A DNA stretch of 64,000 nt from an uncultured Actinomycetota bacterium (GCA_963758075.1 CAVWTT010000001.1:76973-140972), one strand, 5' to 3'; counted from the stretch's first letter, positions 1 to 9,829 are shown. The notes: generated by a model from the sequence alone, not told the origin. Made by a program: numbers and translations.

Positions 1-553
1 CGACCGGCTGCTGGCCGCCTGGCCCGCGGTGCTGGAGCGCATGGGCGGCCGCCCCGCCGAACTCGTCCTGGTCGGCGACGGCCCGCAGGCGGCGGTGTTG
101 CGGCGCACCGCCGGGCGGCTCGGCATCGCCGACTCGGTGCGGTTCACCGGACCGCTGCCGGCCGCGGAGGTCGGCGCGGTGTTGCGTACCGGGACGGTGT
201 TCGCGCTGCCGGTGCGGACTCGGCTCGCCGGCCTGAACCCGGAGGGGCTGGGCCTGGTCTTCCTGGAGGCGGCGGCCAGCGGTCTGCCGGTGATCGCCGG
301 CCGGTCCGGCGGCGCCGCGGAGACGGTGCGTCCGGGCCGGACCGGCTTCGTCGTCGAACCCGACGACCTCACCGCACTGGCCGCCTCGGTCGCCGACCTG
401 CTGGGCGACCCTGAACGCGCCCGAGCGATGGGCCGGGCCGGCCGGACCCATGTCCTGGACCGGTACGGGGATGCGGTCGCTCGACGAGTCCTCGCCGACG
501 TCCTCGGCGACGACGCCGCTCGGTCCGGCGGTGACGGCGGCCGGGCACATTAG
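1..553 (+). CDS. Glycosyltransferase family 4 (PimB'-like mannosyltransferase), 5' end outside window
   Basis: GT-B C-terminal motif EGLGLVFLEAAASGLPVIAGRSGGAAE; frame open from window start; position next to SRPBCC/glk matches conserved actinobacterial synteny. Confidence 0.85.
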   Translation, partial: DRLLAAWPAVLERMGGRPAELVLVGDGPQAAVLRRTAGRLGIADSVRFTGPLPAAEVGAVLRTGTVFALPVRTRLAGLNPEGLGLVFLEAAASGLPVIAGRSGGAAETVRPGRTGFVVEPDDLTALAASVADLLGDPERARAMGRAGRTHVLDRYGDAVARRVLADVLGDDAARSGGDGGRAH

Positions 554-563
554 GGTGGTTGTC

Positions 564-1004
564 GTGGCCGACAGCACCCAGTCCCGTATCGAGATCCCGG
601 CTCCACCGGAGCAGGTGATGGCGGTGATCACCGACCTGGAGTCCTACCCGGAGTGGGTGGACGCCCTGTCGGCGGTCGAGGTGTTGACCCGGACCGACGG
701 TCACCCGGACACGGTGCGGATGGTGCTGGATCATCCGCTGCTCTCCGACGACTACACCGTCCGCTATCACTGGGGCAGCGACGAGATCAGCTGGCAGCTG
801 CTGTCCGGGCGGACCTTGACCGCGATGGACGGGTCCTACACCGTGCAGCCGTCGGATGCCGGCAGCAGCGTGACCTACCGGCTCACCGTCGATCTGAGAC
901 GCCGACTGCCCGGGCTGATCAAACGCACCGCGGAGAAGGCGATCACCGACACCGCCCTGCAGGGGCTGAGGCGGCGGGTGGTCGCCATCCGGGGCACCCG
1001 CTGA
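564..1004 (+). CDS. SRPBCC (polyketide cyclase/START-like) family protein
   Basis: MADSTQSRIEIPAPPEQVMAVITDLESYPEW signature; GTG at 564 lies 7 nt after a TAGGGT -10 (leaderless start). Confidence 0.85.
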   Translation: MADSTQSRIEIPAPPEQVMAVITDLESYPEWVDALSAVEVLTRTDGHPDTVRMVLDHPLLSDDYTVRYHWGSDEISWQLLSGRTLTAMDGSYTVQPSDAGSSVTYRLTVDLRRRLPGLIKRTAEKAITDTALQGLRRRVVAIRGTR

Positions 1005-2116
1005 TGGCCCGCGCCGCATTGCCTCCGGCAGCGGTGCCGTACAGCATCGGGGTGGACATCGGCGGCACCAAGGTCGCCGCCGGGGTGGTCGACGGGCACG
1101 GCCGGATCGTCGAACGGCTGCTGGCCGCGACGCCGTCGCACAGTCCGCGCGCCGTCGAGGACACCATCACCTCCGTGGTGGAGCAGCTGCGGCGCAACCA
1201 CCGGGTGGAGACCGTCGGCATCGGCGCCGCCGGCTGGGTCGACACCGACCAGGCCGTGGTCCGGTTCTCCCCGCACCTGGCCTGGCGGCAGGAACCGCTG
1301 AAGGCGCGGCTGCAGGAGCGGATCGACCTGCCGCTGATCGTCGACAACGACGCCAACGCCGCGGCCTGGGCCGAGTACCGGTTCGGCGCCGGCCGTGGCG
1401 CATCGGTGATGGTCTGCATCACCCTGGGAACCGGCATCGGCGGCGGACTGGTGCTCAACGGCCAGCTCTTCCGTGGCAGCTACGGAATGGCGGGGGAGTG
1501 GGGCCACATGATCGCCGTCCCCGGCGGTCACCTGTGTGAGTGCGGCAACCGCGGCTGCTGGGAGCAGTACGCCAGCGGCAACGCGCTGGTCCGCGACGCC
1601 CGGGAGCTGGTGCGGTCGGGGTCGCCGGTCGTGCAGGGACTCCTCGACGCCGTCGGCGGCCCGGACCAGATCACCGGCCCGGCGATCACCGACGCCGCCG
1701 TCAACGGTGAATCGCTGGCCCAGGAGTTGCTGGCCGACATCGGCCGCTGGCTGGGCATCGGCATCGCGAACCTGGTGGCCGCCCTGGACCCCGAACTGGT
1801 CGTCATCGGCGGCGGCGTCAGCGCCGCCGGGGACCTGCTGCTCGACCCGACCCGGGAGATGTTCGCCCGCACCCTCACCGGTCGTGGTTTCCGCCCGCAG
1901 GCCCGGATCGAACTGGCCGGCTTCCGCAACGACGCCGGCCTGATCGGCGCCGCGGACCTGGCCAGGCACTCGCTGTTCGAGCCCCCGGGCCGGGTCATCG
2001 GTGGCTTCTGGCCGCGCCGGCGGCGCAGCGCCAAACGCACCCGGACCCGACGCGAACCCGGCACGCTACGCCAGGCCGCCGCCAAACGCGCCCAGCGCAG
2101 GCTCGACAACCCCTGA
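1004..2116 (+). CDS. glk: ROK-family glucokinase
   Basis: IGVDIGGTK, NDANAAAWAEY, GTGIGGG, EWGH and CECGNRGCWE zinc motif; ATG overlaps the upstream TGA. Confidence 0.9.
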   Translation: MARAALPPAAVPYSIGVDIGGTKVAAGVVDGHGRIVERLLAATPSHSPRAVEDTITSVVEQLRRNHRVETVGIGAAGWVDTDQAVVRFSPHLAWRQEPLKARLQERIDLPLIVDNDANAAAWAEYRFGAGRGASVMVCITLGTGIGGGLVLNGQLFRGSYGMAGEWGHMIAVPGGHLCECGNRGCWEQYASGNALVRDARELVRSGSPVVQGLLDAVGGPDQITGPAITDAAVNGESLAQELLADIGRWLGIGIANLVAALDPELVVIGGGVSAAGDLLLDPTREMFARTLTGRGFRPQARIELAGFRNDAGLIGAADLARHSLFEPPGRVIGGFWPRRRRSAKRTRTRREPGTLRQAAAKRAQRRLDNP

Positions 2117-2191
2117 CCGCCTCCCGCGCCCTGAGCCCGCCCAACGCAACGGCGGCGCATTCCGGGCCCCCGAGCTGTGTCGCGTGGGGAG

Positions 2192-4247
2192 TCAGGCCGC
2201 CGGGGATGGCGCGCGGTCGGTCGAGGTCTGCCAGACGGTGTCGGCGAAGGTTCCGGTGCCCAGGTCGTGGGTGCCGGCCGGGTTGGTGACGATGACCCGC
2301 CCGAATCTGGTCCGCCACACGAAGGTGCCCGCGACCGGTTGTGTCACGTTGATCGGGCCGAACGTCTTGTACCGGTGCTCACCCCGCGTCAACGGGCCCA
2401 GATTGTCCAGCCGGGTCTGCCCGGGTGGCCCGTCCGGTGGACCATTGGGCGGTCCGCCCGGTGATGCGCCCGGTGGTGCGCCGGGTGGTGCGCCGGGTGG
2501 GCCGGTGTAGGGCACCGTGTGGTCCAGGTCGAGCCGGTGGCGGCTGGTGGTGCCGGACCAGGGGAACACGCTGGCCGGGGACCGGGCCAGTACGGCCTCG
2601 ACCATCCGGTCAGGTATCTCGTAGCCGTCGGCAGGTGGGATCCGGGCCGGGTCGAGCACCGGCAGGACCCGGACCCGGCAGCCCCGACCGAGCCATTCCC
2701 GCACCGACGCCAGCAGCACGGGGCCGATGTCCTCGACCCGGGCCACGCCCGGATCCTCGCCAGCAGCTGAAGGCCGGCAGGGCGTCGGCGCTGATGTGGA
2801 CGTGCAGAACCACTCTGGGGGTGAGCTTGTCCGGGTCGATGCGTCGGGCCAGGTCCTTCATCACCGCCTCCCGCCGCTCCGCCCGCTCGGCTCAGCCTCC
2901 GGTTGCGGGTCCAGCCCTGGCCGGGGATCCTCGGATCCGGGCTCGGCGGGCATCGGCAGGTCGGGGCCGGGTAGGTCCGAGGCGGGCGGCTCTGTGGGTG
3001 GTCCCGGGTCGAAGTCGGCAAGGTCCGAGGCGGGCGGCTCTACAGGTAGTGCCGGCTCGAAGTCGGCAAGGTCGGAGTCCGAAGGCTCCGACCCCGGACC
3101 TGGATCCGGCAGGTCGCGCATCGGTAGATCGGGCATCGGCCCGGCCGGAATCTGCTGGTCGCGCATCGGCTGGCCGGGCATCGGTAGATCGGGCATCGGC
3201 CCACCCGGAATCTGCTGGTCGCGCATCGGCTGGCCGGGCATCGGCAGATCGGGCATCGGCCCACCCGGAATCTGCCGGCCGCGCATCGGCTGGCCGGGCA
3301 TCGACAGATCGGGCATCGGCCCACCCGGAACCTGCCGGTCGCGCATCGGCTGGCCGGGCATCGGCAGATCGGCCGCCGGCACCCCGGTCGCAGCGGTCCG
3401 GTGGTCCGCCACCTGGAGGTGGGCTTCGAGGTCGGTGAACAGGTCCGGCTGATCCACCTGCGCCAGGACCTGCAGGGCCAGCGCGGGTTGGGCCAGGATC
3501 CCGGCTGCGACCGCCTGCCACTCGGCCGCCGTCCGGGCACCCCGATCCGGGATGCCGGCCGGCAGGTCGTCGGCCCGGCCCATCAGGATGTCGGCGAGCC
3601 GCTTGAGTGGCTGCCTTCAGCAGGATGGCGTCGGGGGTGTCGACCAGCATCGACACCTCGGTCAGCCCGTACTCGCTGCCCTGCCCGGTGCGGATGTAGC
3701 GGAACCGCTTCGCGTTCTCGGTCTCCTGCTCGACCCGGACCCGGTCCACCCGCAGGATCTCGGCAGCCAGCAGGTGCTCCAACCGGGTCCAGGACAGCTG
3801 CCCCACCACCCGCACCACCCGACGATCCACCACCATCGCCTGCTCGACGCTCAGCAGTCGGGTGCGGGCGGCGACCCGGCGGGCATCCCTGGCCGGCACC
3901 TGCCCGGCCTGCACCCGCCCCCACAGCCGCGGCAGCCGGTGCCGCAGATCCAGTGCATCGGCGATCAGCATCCGGGCCTGGCCGGGACTCACACCGATCT
4001 CCACTCCCAACTCGGCGGGGGCGAACTCGGCCACCTCCGGGGTGCCGTCGCCACCGAACCTGGCTGTCTCTTCTCCGGCGATGGCCAGGTCGGTGTAGCG
4101 GTGCAGGATTCCGTCGGCCGGATGGTGGTCGGCCCACAGGGCGGCGAGTTCGAGGAGGCGGCAGCCGGCGGCCCGTTCGGCCCGCACACAGGCGGCTGCG
4201 GCGGCAGCCACCTGATGGCTGTCCCACCGCTCCAACGCCTCTCCCAT
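2192..4247 (-). pseudogene. DUF222 / HNH-endonuclease (13E12-repeat-like) protein, about 684 aa if repaired; split by three single-base frameshifts (near 3607, 2890, 2770)
   Basis: N-terminal EFAPAELGVEIGVSPGQARMLIADALDLRHRLPRLW, middle VVLHVHIS, C-terminal DLDHTVPY...NLGPLTRGEHRYKT; segments lie in alternating frames (+1,-1,+1). Pseudogene versus assembly error unresolved. Confidence 0.8.
3121..3372. repeat. 60-bp tandem repeat x4.2 inside the DUF222 gene (peptide PMPGQPMRDQQIPGGPMPDL); neighbouring 48-bp repeat at about 2973-3077
   Basis: Lines 3121-3360 align as four near-identical 60-mers. Confidence 0.95.
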
Positions 4248-4254
4248 GACCGTC

Positions 4255-4276
4255 ACGCTAGACGGGAGCACTGACA
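4255..4276 (-). promoter_or_regulatory. PafBC-type (RecA-NDp) DNA-damage promoter, leaderless, for the DUF222/HNH gene
   Basis: Minus strand TGTCAG-N10-TA-GCG-T, then 7 nt to ATG at 4247; matches TGTC[AG]G-N10-TANNNT. Confidence 0.8.
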
Positions 4277-4477
4277 AAACAGCCCTCCTGCCGTCGCGAT
4301 CGAGGACCCCGTGAAGGGCGTCCCTGGTCCGGGACGTGCTGCCATCCTCGGACTCGCCGTCACCCGCCGCCGGACCAGGTGAAACCGACAGATGCCCAGG
4401 CTCGGGCGCGCCCTCCGACGAGCTCAGGACGCGGGTCGGTCGGCGACCCTTCGACAGGCAGAACGCGGATCGGACGA

Positions 4478-4984
4478 TCAGAGCACAGCGCCGTCACCGG
4501 AGTCGGGGGGACGTCGACGGGGCAGGCGGCTGAGCAGGATGCCGAAGCCGATGGCGAAGGCCAGCACCGCAAGCCATCCCGCCCAGGTGGGCAGGCCGAC
4601 CCCGAAGGCGGCCAGCAGCATGATCACGACCGCGATGGTGATCCCGGTCCAGCCGAGCAGCACGGGCACCGACGGCCGGGGCCACCCCACCGGTGGTGGG
4701 GTATAGCGCTCCTCCCGGTCCACCGGAGGCGGTGCGGGCTGCCGGGTCGGCGGCAGGGCCGCCGGATCGGTACCGAGGACGTCGCGGACGAGGTCGGCAA
4801 CGCTCCGGTCGCCGAGTACCGGGCCCTCGTCGGGATGATCGCGGCTGTCCCCGCCGGCGTCCGCCGCCGTGTCCCGGCCCTGCACCGGGCCGTCGGCCCA
4901 GTGCGCGATCAGGTCGGCGAAGGCGCGGTCGATCACGTCCTGGTCGTCGAACCGGTCGTCGGAGCCGGGTTCCCGGTCGGTCAT
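4478..4984 (-). CDS. Hypothetical membrane protein
   Basis: Acidic N-terminus (DVIDRAFADLIAHW), two C-terminal hydrophobic segments; 3 nt downstream of the hydrolase stop. Confidence 0.7.
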   Translation of the reverse strand: MTDREPGSDDRFDDQDVIDRAFADLIAHWADGPVQGRDTAADAGGDSRDHPDEGPVLGDRSVADLVRDVLGTDPAALPPTRQPAPPPVDREERYTPPPVGWPRPSVPVLLGWTGITIAVVIMLLAAFGVGLPTWAGWLAVLAFAIGFGILLSRLPRRRPPDSGDGAVL

Positions 4985-4987
4985 CGA

Positions 4988-5809
4988 TCAGCCGTCCGTC
5001 GCCGCGGCCGAGGTGATCCGGTGCACGAAGACCGTCGATCCGGTGAAGATGGTGTCGGCGTCGTAGTCCAGCGTCGCCACGTGGAAGCTACGGGGCAACA
5101 GCTGTTCGGTGAGGTCGGTGCTCGCCACGCCGTCGCGGAGGATCCGCGCCGACGTCGGGTCGACGACGTGGTCGTGCTCGGACCGGAACAGCAGGATCGG
5201 CTGCCGCACCCGGCCCAGATCACAGATCGTCTGCTGCCACAGGTCGGCCATCGTCGCGACGGCCGAGAACGGCATCCGCTGGTAACCCAGTTCGTCCACC
5301 GACGGGCGGGCGATGTCGTTGGTGATCCCGGTCGCCGACCCGGGCAGACGCCGCAGGACCGGGAGCAGGCGCAACCGGGGATCCGGATTGTTCAGGGCCG
5401 GGTTGACCAGGCAGAGCCCGCTGACCGGCGCGCTGCCGCCGTCGACCGGATGACGTTCGGCCAGTCGCAGTGCCAGCGCGCCGCCCATCGACAGCCCACC
5501 GACGACCACCGCCCGGCAGTGGGTGGCGAGTTCGGTCAGCGCCCGTTCGGCGACGGCGTACCAGTCCTGCCAGTTCGTCACGGCGAGTTCCTGCCACACC
5601 GTGCCGTGCCCCGGCAGCCGGGGCACCCGGACCCGAACGCCGTGGGCGGCCAGGTGCTCGGCCCACGGGCGCATCGACGCCGGCGAGCCGGTGAAGCCGT
5701 GCAGCAGCAACACCCCGACCGGGCCGTCACCGGCTGCGAACGGCTCCGCGCCGGGCCGCACCTCGACGGGGGCCAACGGGGCGGGTCTGCGATGCACCGA
5801 CCACCTCAC
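4988..5809 (-). CDS. Alpha/beta-fold hydrolase (carboxylesterase-like)
   Basis: HGFTG oxyanion and GLSMGG nucleophile motifs, C-terminal DHVV/FHVATLD; start chosen 6 nt after a TACGCT -10. Confidence 0.85.
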   Translation of the reverse strand: MRWSVHRRPAPLAPVEVRPGAEPFAAGDGPVGVLLLHGFTGSPASMRPWAEHLAAHGVRVRVPRLPGHGTVWQELAVTNWQDWYAVAERALTELATHCRAVVVGGLSMGGALALRLAERHPVDGGSAPVSGLCLVNPALNNPDPRLRLLPVLRRLPGSATGITNDIARPSVDELGYQRMPFSAVATMADLWQQTICDLGRVRQPILLFRSEHDHVVDPTSARILRDGVASTDLTEQLLPRSFHVATLDYDADTIFTGSTVFVHRITSAAATDG

Positions 5810-5916
5810 TCCAGCAGCGTAGCGAGACCGGTACCCTCTGCGGGCCGGACTAGGGTTTACACCGACCCCCGGGTACACCGAGCAGGTCGGGCACACGGGT
5901 GCCGCGAGGAGGACCG

Positions 5917-6690
5917 TTGTTCTACTGGTTAGTCAAGCACCTGATCGCCCAGCCGATGTTCTCCCTCTGGTGGCGCCCCTGGGTCGAAGGTGTGGAGAAC
6001 ATCCCGGACAAGGGCCCCGCGATCCTGGCCAGCAATCACCTGGGCGACGGCGAGACCATCGCGCTGCCGGCGTTCCTGAAACGGCGGGTGGTCTTCACCG
6101 CCAAGGCCGAACTGTTCGCCCTCGGCGGCTTCAAGGGGTGGATCTTCGCCTGGTTCCTGCGCCGGATCAAGATGTTGCCGCTGGACCGTTCCGGCGGCAA
6201 GGCCAGCGCCCACGACATGGCCGCCTTCGCCCAGGTGCTGGTCGACGGCGGCGTCCTGATCGTGTTCCCCGAGGGCGGCCGATCACCGGACGGGCGGCTC
6301 TACCGCGGCAGGACCGGGGTGGCTCGGTTGGCGTTGCAGACCGGTGTCCCGGTGCTGCCGGTGGCGGTGTCGGACACCCAGATGAGTCGCGGCCGGTTGG
6401 GCCTCCCGCGGCTCCGCCGGCCCGGTATCCGGATCGGTCGGCCGATGGATTTCTCCGCCTACCGGGGCGCCGGCAACGACCGCGACACCCTGCGTTGGAT
6501 CACCGACGAGGTGATGAACCAGATCATGCGACTGTCCGGCCAGACCTACGTCGACGCCTACGTCACTGCGGTGAAGGCCGGACTGCGGTCGGGGCGTCCG
6601 GTGGAGGCGCCGGAGCTCAGTCGTCCCGGGCAGGGCCGGCCGGTGCCACCGGTGCCACCGTTGCCGACCGGGGACGCGGAAGCGGCCTGA
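5917..6690 (+). CDS. Lysophospholipid acyltransferase (PlsC family), paralog 1
   Basis: NHLGDGE, FTAKAE, FPEGGRSPDG motifs; AGGAGG RBS before TTG 5917. Confidence 0.85.
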   Translation: MFYWLVKHLIAQPMFSLWWRPWVEGVENIPDKGPAILASNHLGDGETIALPAFLKRRVVFTAKAELFALGGFKGWIFAWFLRRIKMLPLDRSGGKASAHDMAAFAQVLVDGGVLIVFPEGGRSPDGRLYRGRTGVARLALQTGVPVLPVAVSDTQMSRGRLGLPRLRRPGIRIGRPMDFSAYRGAGNDRDTLRWITDEVMNQIMRLSGQTYVDAYVTAVKAGLRSGRPVEAPELSRPGQGRPVPPVPPLPTGDAEAA

Positions 6691-7487
6691 TGAGCCGCCG
6701 ACGCAAGCTTGCGGTACGGCCGATCCGGGTGCCGGAGATCTCCGTCCCGGACCGGCTGCGCGGCCCCGAGGAGGAGGAGAGCAACGCCGGAGCGGTGCTC
6801 TACTGGCTGCTCCGCAACATCGTGATCGGGCCGGTGGTGACACGGACGTTCCGGCCCCAGGTCGAGGGCGTGGAGAACGTGCCCGCCCGAGGACCGGCGA
6901 TCCTGGCCGCCAACCACCTGTCCTACGCCGACTGGCTGTTCATGCCGCTGGCCCTGGACCGGCGGGTCACCTTCGTGGCCAAATCCGACTATTTCACCGG
7001 CGCCGGGGTGCGTGGCTGGGCCCAGCGCCGGTTCTTCAAGGGCACGGGTCAGGTGCCGATCGATCGCAGCGGCGGCCGGGCCAGCGAGGGCGCGTTACGG
7101 GCCGGCCTGAAGGTGCTGCAGCGCGGAGAACTGTTCGGCATCTTTCCCGAGGGCACCCGCAGCCACGACGGGCGGCTGTACAAGGGCCGTACCGGGGTGG
7201 CTCGGCTGGTGCTGGAGTCCGGCGTGCCGGTGGTCCCGGTGGGACTGATCGGCACCGACGTGATCGCCCCGCCGGGCAAGGTGCTGGCCAAGGTGACCAG
7301 CCCGACCATCCGGTTCGGTCGGCCGCTGGACTTCTCCCGCTACGCAGGACTGGCGGAGGATCGGTTCATCCTCCGATCGGTCACCGACGAGGTCGTCTAC
7401 GCGATCATGGAGCTGTCCGGCCAGACCTACGTCGACCGCTACGCCACCGAGGTGCGGGCGCCCGGCACCGACGTCCGGCCCGCCTGA
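6690..7487 (+). CDS. Lysophospholipid acyltransferase (PlsC family), paralog 2
   Basis: NHLSYAD (HX4D), FVAKSDY, FPEGTRSHDG; ATG overlaps the upstream TGA. Confidence 0.9.
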   Translation: MSRRRKLAVRPIRVPEISVPDRLRGPEEEESNAGAVLYWLLRNIVIGPVVTRTFRPQVEGVENVPARGPAILAANHLSYADWLFMPLALDRRVTFVAKSDYFTGAGVRGWAQRRFFKGTGQVPIDRSGGRASEGALRAGLKVLQRGELFGIFPEGTRSHDGRLYKGRTGVARLVLESGVPVVPVGLIGTDVIAPPGKVLAKVTSPTIRFGRPLDFSRYAGLAEDRFILRSVTDEVVYAIMELSGQTYVDRYATEVRAPGTDVRPA

Positions 7488-7537
7488 CCGCGGCGGCGGT
7501 GCGGGCCGCCGGAGCACCCCGACCGGCGCCCACAGCC

Positions 7538-7575
7538 CCGGACGGATCGACCGGACGGATCGACCGGACGGATCG
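7538..7575. repeat. 13-bp tandem repeat x3 (CCGGACGGATCGA) upstream of DAHP synthase
   Basis: Direct reading of the sequence. Confidence 0.9.
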
Positions 7576-7615
7576 CGATGAGGCGAGTCGGCGTGGTCCG
7601 GATTAGTCTTGGTCC

Positions 7616-9010
7616 GTGCCTGAGCTGCCGAGTCTGCCGACGCTGAAAGATCTCCACCAGTTGTTGCCGCTCCAGCAGCCGACCTATGCCGATCCCGACG
7701 AGGTCAGCGACGTCGTCCGGCGGCTGCGCCGGCTGCCGCCGCTGGTCTTCGCAGGGGAGTGCGATGAACTGCGGGAGAAGATGGCCCGGGTCGCCGCCGG
7801 CCGGGCGTTCCTGCTGCAGGGCGGCGACTGCGCCGAGACCTTCGCCGGTGTCACCGCCGCGAACATCCAGAACAAGCTGCGCACGCTGCTGTCGATGGCG
7901 ATCGTGCTCACCTACGCCGCTCAGGTGCCGGTGATCAAGGTCGGCCGGATGGCCGGTCAGTACACCAAGCCGCGCAGCTCCGACACCGAGACCCGCAACG
8001 GCGTGACGTTGCCGGCCTACCGGGGTGACGCGGTGAACGGCTTCGACTTCACCGAGAAGGCGCGTCGGCACGACCCGCAGCGACTGCTCGGCGTCTACAA
8101 CGCCTCCTCCGCCACGCTGAACCTGGTCCGTGCCTTCGTCAAGGGTGGGTTCGCCGACATGCGGACCATGCACTCCTGGAACTCCGATTTCGTCCGCAAC
8201 AGCCCGGCCGGCGTCCGCTACGAACAGCTGACTGCCGAGATCGAGCGGGCGCTGGCGTTCATCGAGGCCTGCGGCATCGACAGCCTGCAGACCCGGACCG
8301 TCGACTTCTACTCCAGCCACGAGGGCCTCAGCCTGGAGTACGAGCATGCGATGACCCGGATCGACTCCCGCACCCACCGGCCGTACAACACCTCCGGCCA
8401 CCTGATCTGGATCGGCGAACGCACCCGGCAGATCGACGGCGCCCACATCGAGCTGATGCGCCACGTCCGCAACCCGGTCGCGGTCAAGCTCGGGCCGACC
8501 ACCAGCGCCGACACCGCGCTGCAACTGGCCGACCGGCTGGACCCGGACAACGAACCCGGCCGGGTCACCTTCATCACCAGGATGGGCGCCGGTCGGATCC
8601 GCGACCTGCTGCCCGACGTGGTGGAGAAGGTCACTGCCAGCGGCCGCCAGGTCGCCTGGGTGTGCGACCCGATGCACGGCAACACCTACGAGTCGGCCGG
8701 TGGCTACAAGACCCGCGCGTTCTCCGACGTCATCGACGAGGTGAACGGCTTCTTCGACGTCCACGACGAGCTGGGCACCTGGCCCGGCGGCGTGCACATC
8801 GAACTCACCGGCGACGACGTGACCGAGTGTGTCGGCGGCGCCCAGGAACTGGCCGAGGCCGACCTGTCCAGCCGGTACGAGACCCTGTGCGATCCGCGGC
8901 TGAACCGGAACCAGTCGCTGGAGCTGGCCTTCCAGGTCGCCGAACGGCTGGTGCAGAGCCGCAACAACCGGCCCAGCCCGGTGATCGAGATGCCGCCCGT
9001 CGACTTCTGA
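7616..9010 (+). CDS. aroG: Class II DAHP synthase (3-deoxy-7-phosphoheptulonate synthase)
   Basis: LLQGGDCAE, GRMAGQYTKPRS, WIGERTRQ, DPMHGNT, CDPRLN motifs. Confidence 0.95.
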   Translation: MPELPSLPTLKDLHQLLPLQQPTYADPDEVSDVVRRLRRLPPLVFAGECDELREKMARVAAGRAFLLQGGDCAETFAGVTAANIQNKLRTLLSMAIVLTYAAQVPVIKVGRMAGQYTKPRSSDTETRNGVTLPAYRGDAVNGFDFTEKARRHDPQRLLGVYNASSATLNLVRAFVKGGFADMRTMHSWNSDFVRNSPAGVRYEQLTAEIERALAFIEACGIDSLQTRTVDFYSSHEGLSLEYEHAMTRIDSRTHRPYNTSGHLIWIGERTRQIDGAHIELMRHVRNPVAVKLGPTTSADTALQLADRLDPDNEPGRVTFITRMGAGRIRDLLPDVVEKVTASGRQVAWVCDPMHGNTYESAGGYKTRAFSDVIDEVNGFFDVHDELGTWPGGVHIELTGDDVTECVGGAQELAEADLSSRYETLCDPRLNRNQSLELAFQVAERLVQSRNNRPSPVIEMPPVDF

Positions 9011-9022
9011 ACCGTCGGCGCG

Positions 9023-9105
9023 GACCGGACCACCGCGACCGGACCACCGCGACCGGACCACCGCGACCGGACCACCGCGACCGGACCACCGCGACCGGAC
9101 CACCG
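9023..9105. repeat. 14-bp intergenic tandem repeat x6 (GACCGGACCACCGC)
   Basis: Six contiguous copies with no spacers, 13 nt after the aroG stop. Confidence 0.95.
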
Positions 9106-9160
9106 GGCCCCCGTCGCCCGCGGTGCGCTGACGCGAAGATTTGCTGACTAGGGTTGTGCC

Positions 9161-9829
9161 GTGCAGATCAGCCACCTCGGACACGCCGCCGTACTAGCCG
9201 AGACCGACCGGACCCGGATCCTCATCGATCCCGGCAACTTCGATCCGGCCTGGCAGGACCTGACCGACCTCGACGCCGTCCTGGTCACCCATCAGCACGC
9301 CGACCACCTCGACCCGGCCGCGGTCCCGGCCCTGCTGCAGGCCAACCCGCAGGCCAGGGTGATCGTGGAGGAATCGGTGCTGGCGCTGGCCGGCTCGCAG
9401 GGCGCCACCGGTCCGGTGCCCGAGCTGCCCGGCGCCGTCGCTCTCGCCGCGGGGGAGACGGTGTCGCTGGGTGCGATGACCATCACCGCGGTCGGCGGCC
9501 TGCACGCGGTGATCCACGCCGACATCCCGCGGATCGGCAACGTCGGGTATCTGCTCAGGGCGGAGGGTGAGCCGACGCTGCTGCACCCGGGCGACTCCTA
9601 CGACTACGTCCCCGAGGGTGTCGACCTGGTGGCGTTCCCCGCCCACGGGCCCTGGGCGGCGCTGAAGGAGGGCATCGACTTCGCGCGCGCTGTCGGCGCG
9701 TCCCACGGGTTCCCGATCCACGACGGGCTGCTCAACGACCGCGGCCGCGACATGGTGATCGGCCGGATCAACCAGATGACCCCCACCGAACTGGTCGACC
9801 TGCGCGGCGCCGGTCCGCACACCTTCTGA
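9161..9829 (+). CDS. MBL-fold metallo-hydrolase
   Basis: HLGHAA, THQHADH (HxHxDH), HPGD, PIHDG. Confidence 0.9.
   Translation: MQISHLGHAAVLAETDRTRILIDPGNFDPAWQDLTDLDAVLVTHQHADHLDPAAVPALLQANPQARVIVEESVLALAGSQGATGPVPELPGAVALAAGETVSLGAMTITAVGGLHAVIHADIPRIGNVGYLLRAEGEPTLLHPGDSYDYVPEGVDLVAFPAHGPWAALKEGIDFARAVGASHGFPIHDGLLNDRGRDMVIGRINQMTPTELVDLRGAGPHTF

Noticed and set aside
9023-9105. CRISPR array
   Set aside because: Contiguous 14-bp units with no spacers and no cas genes; same for the 13-, 15-, 18- and 60-bp arrays
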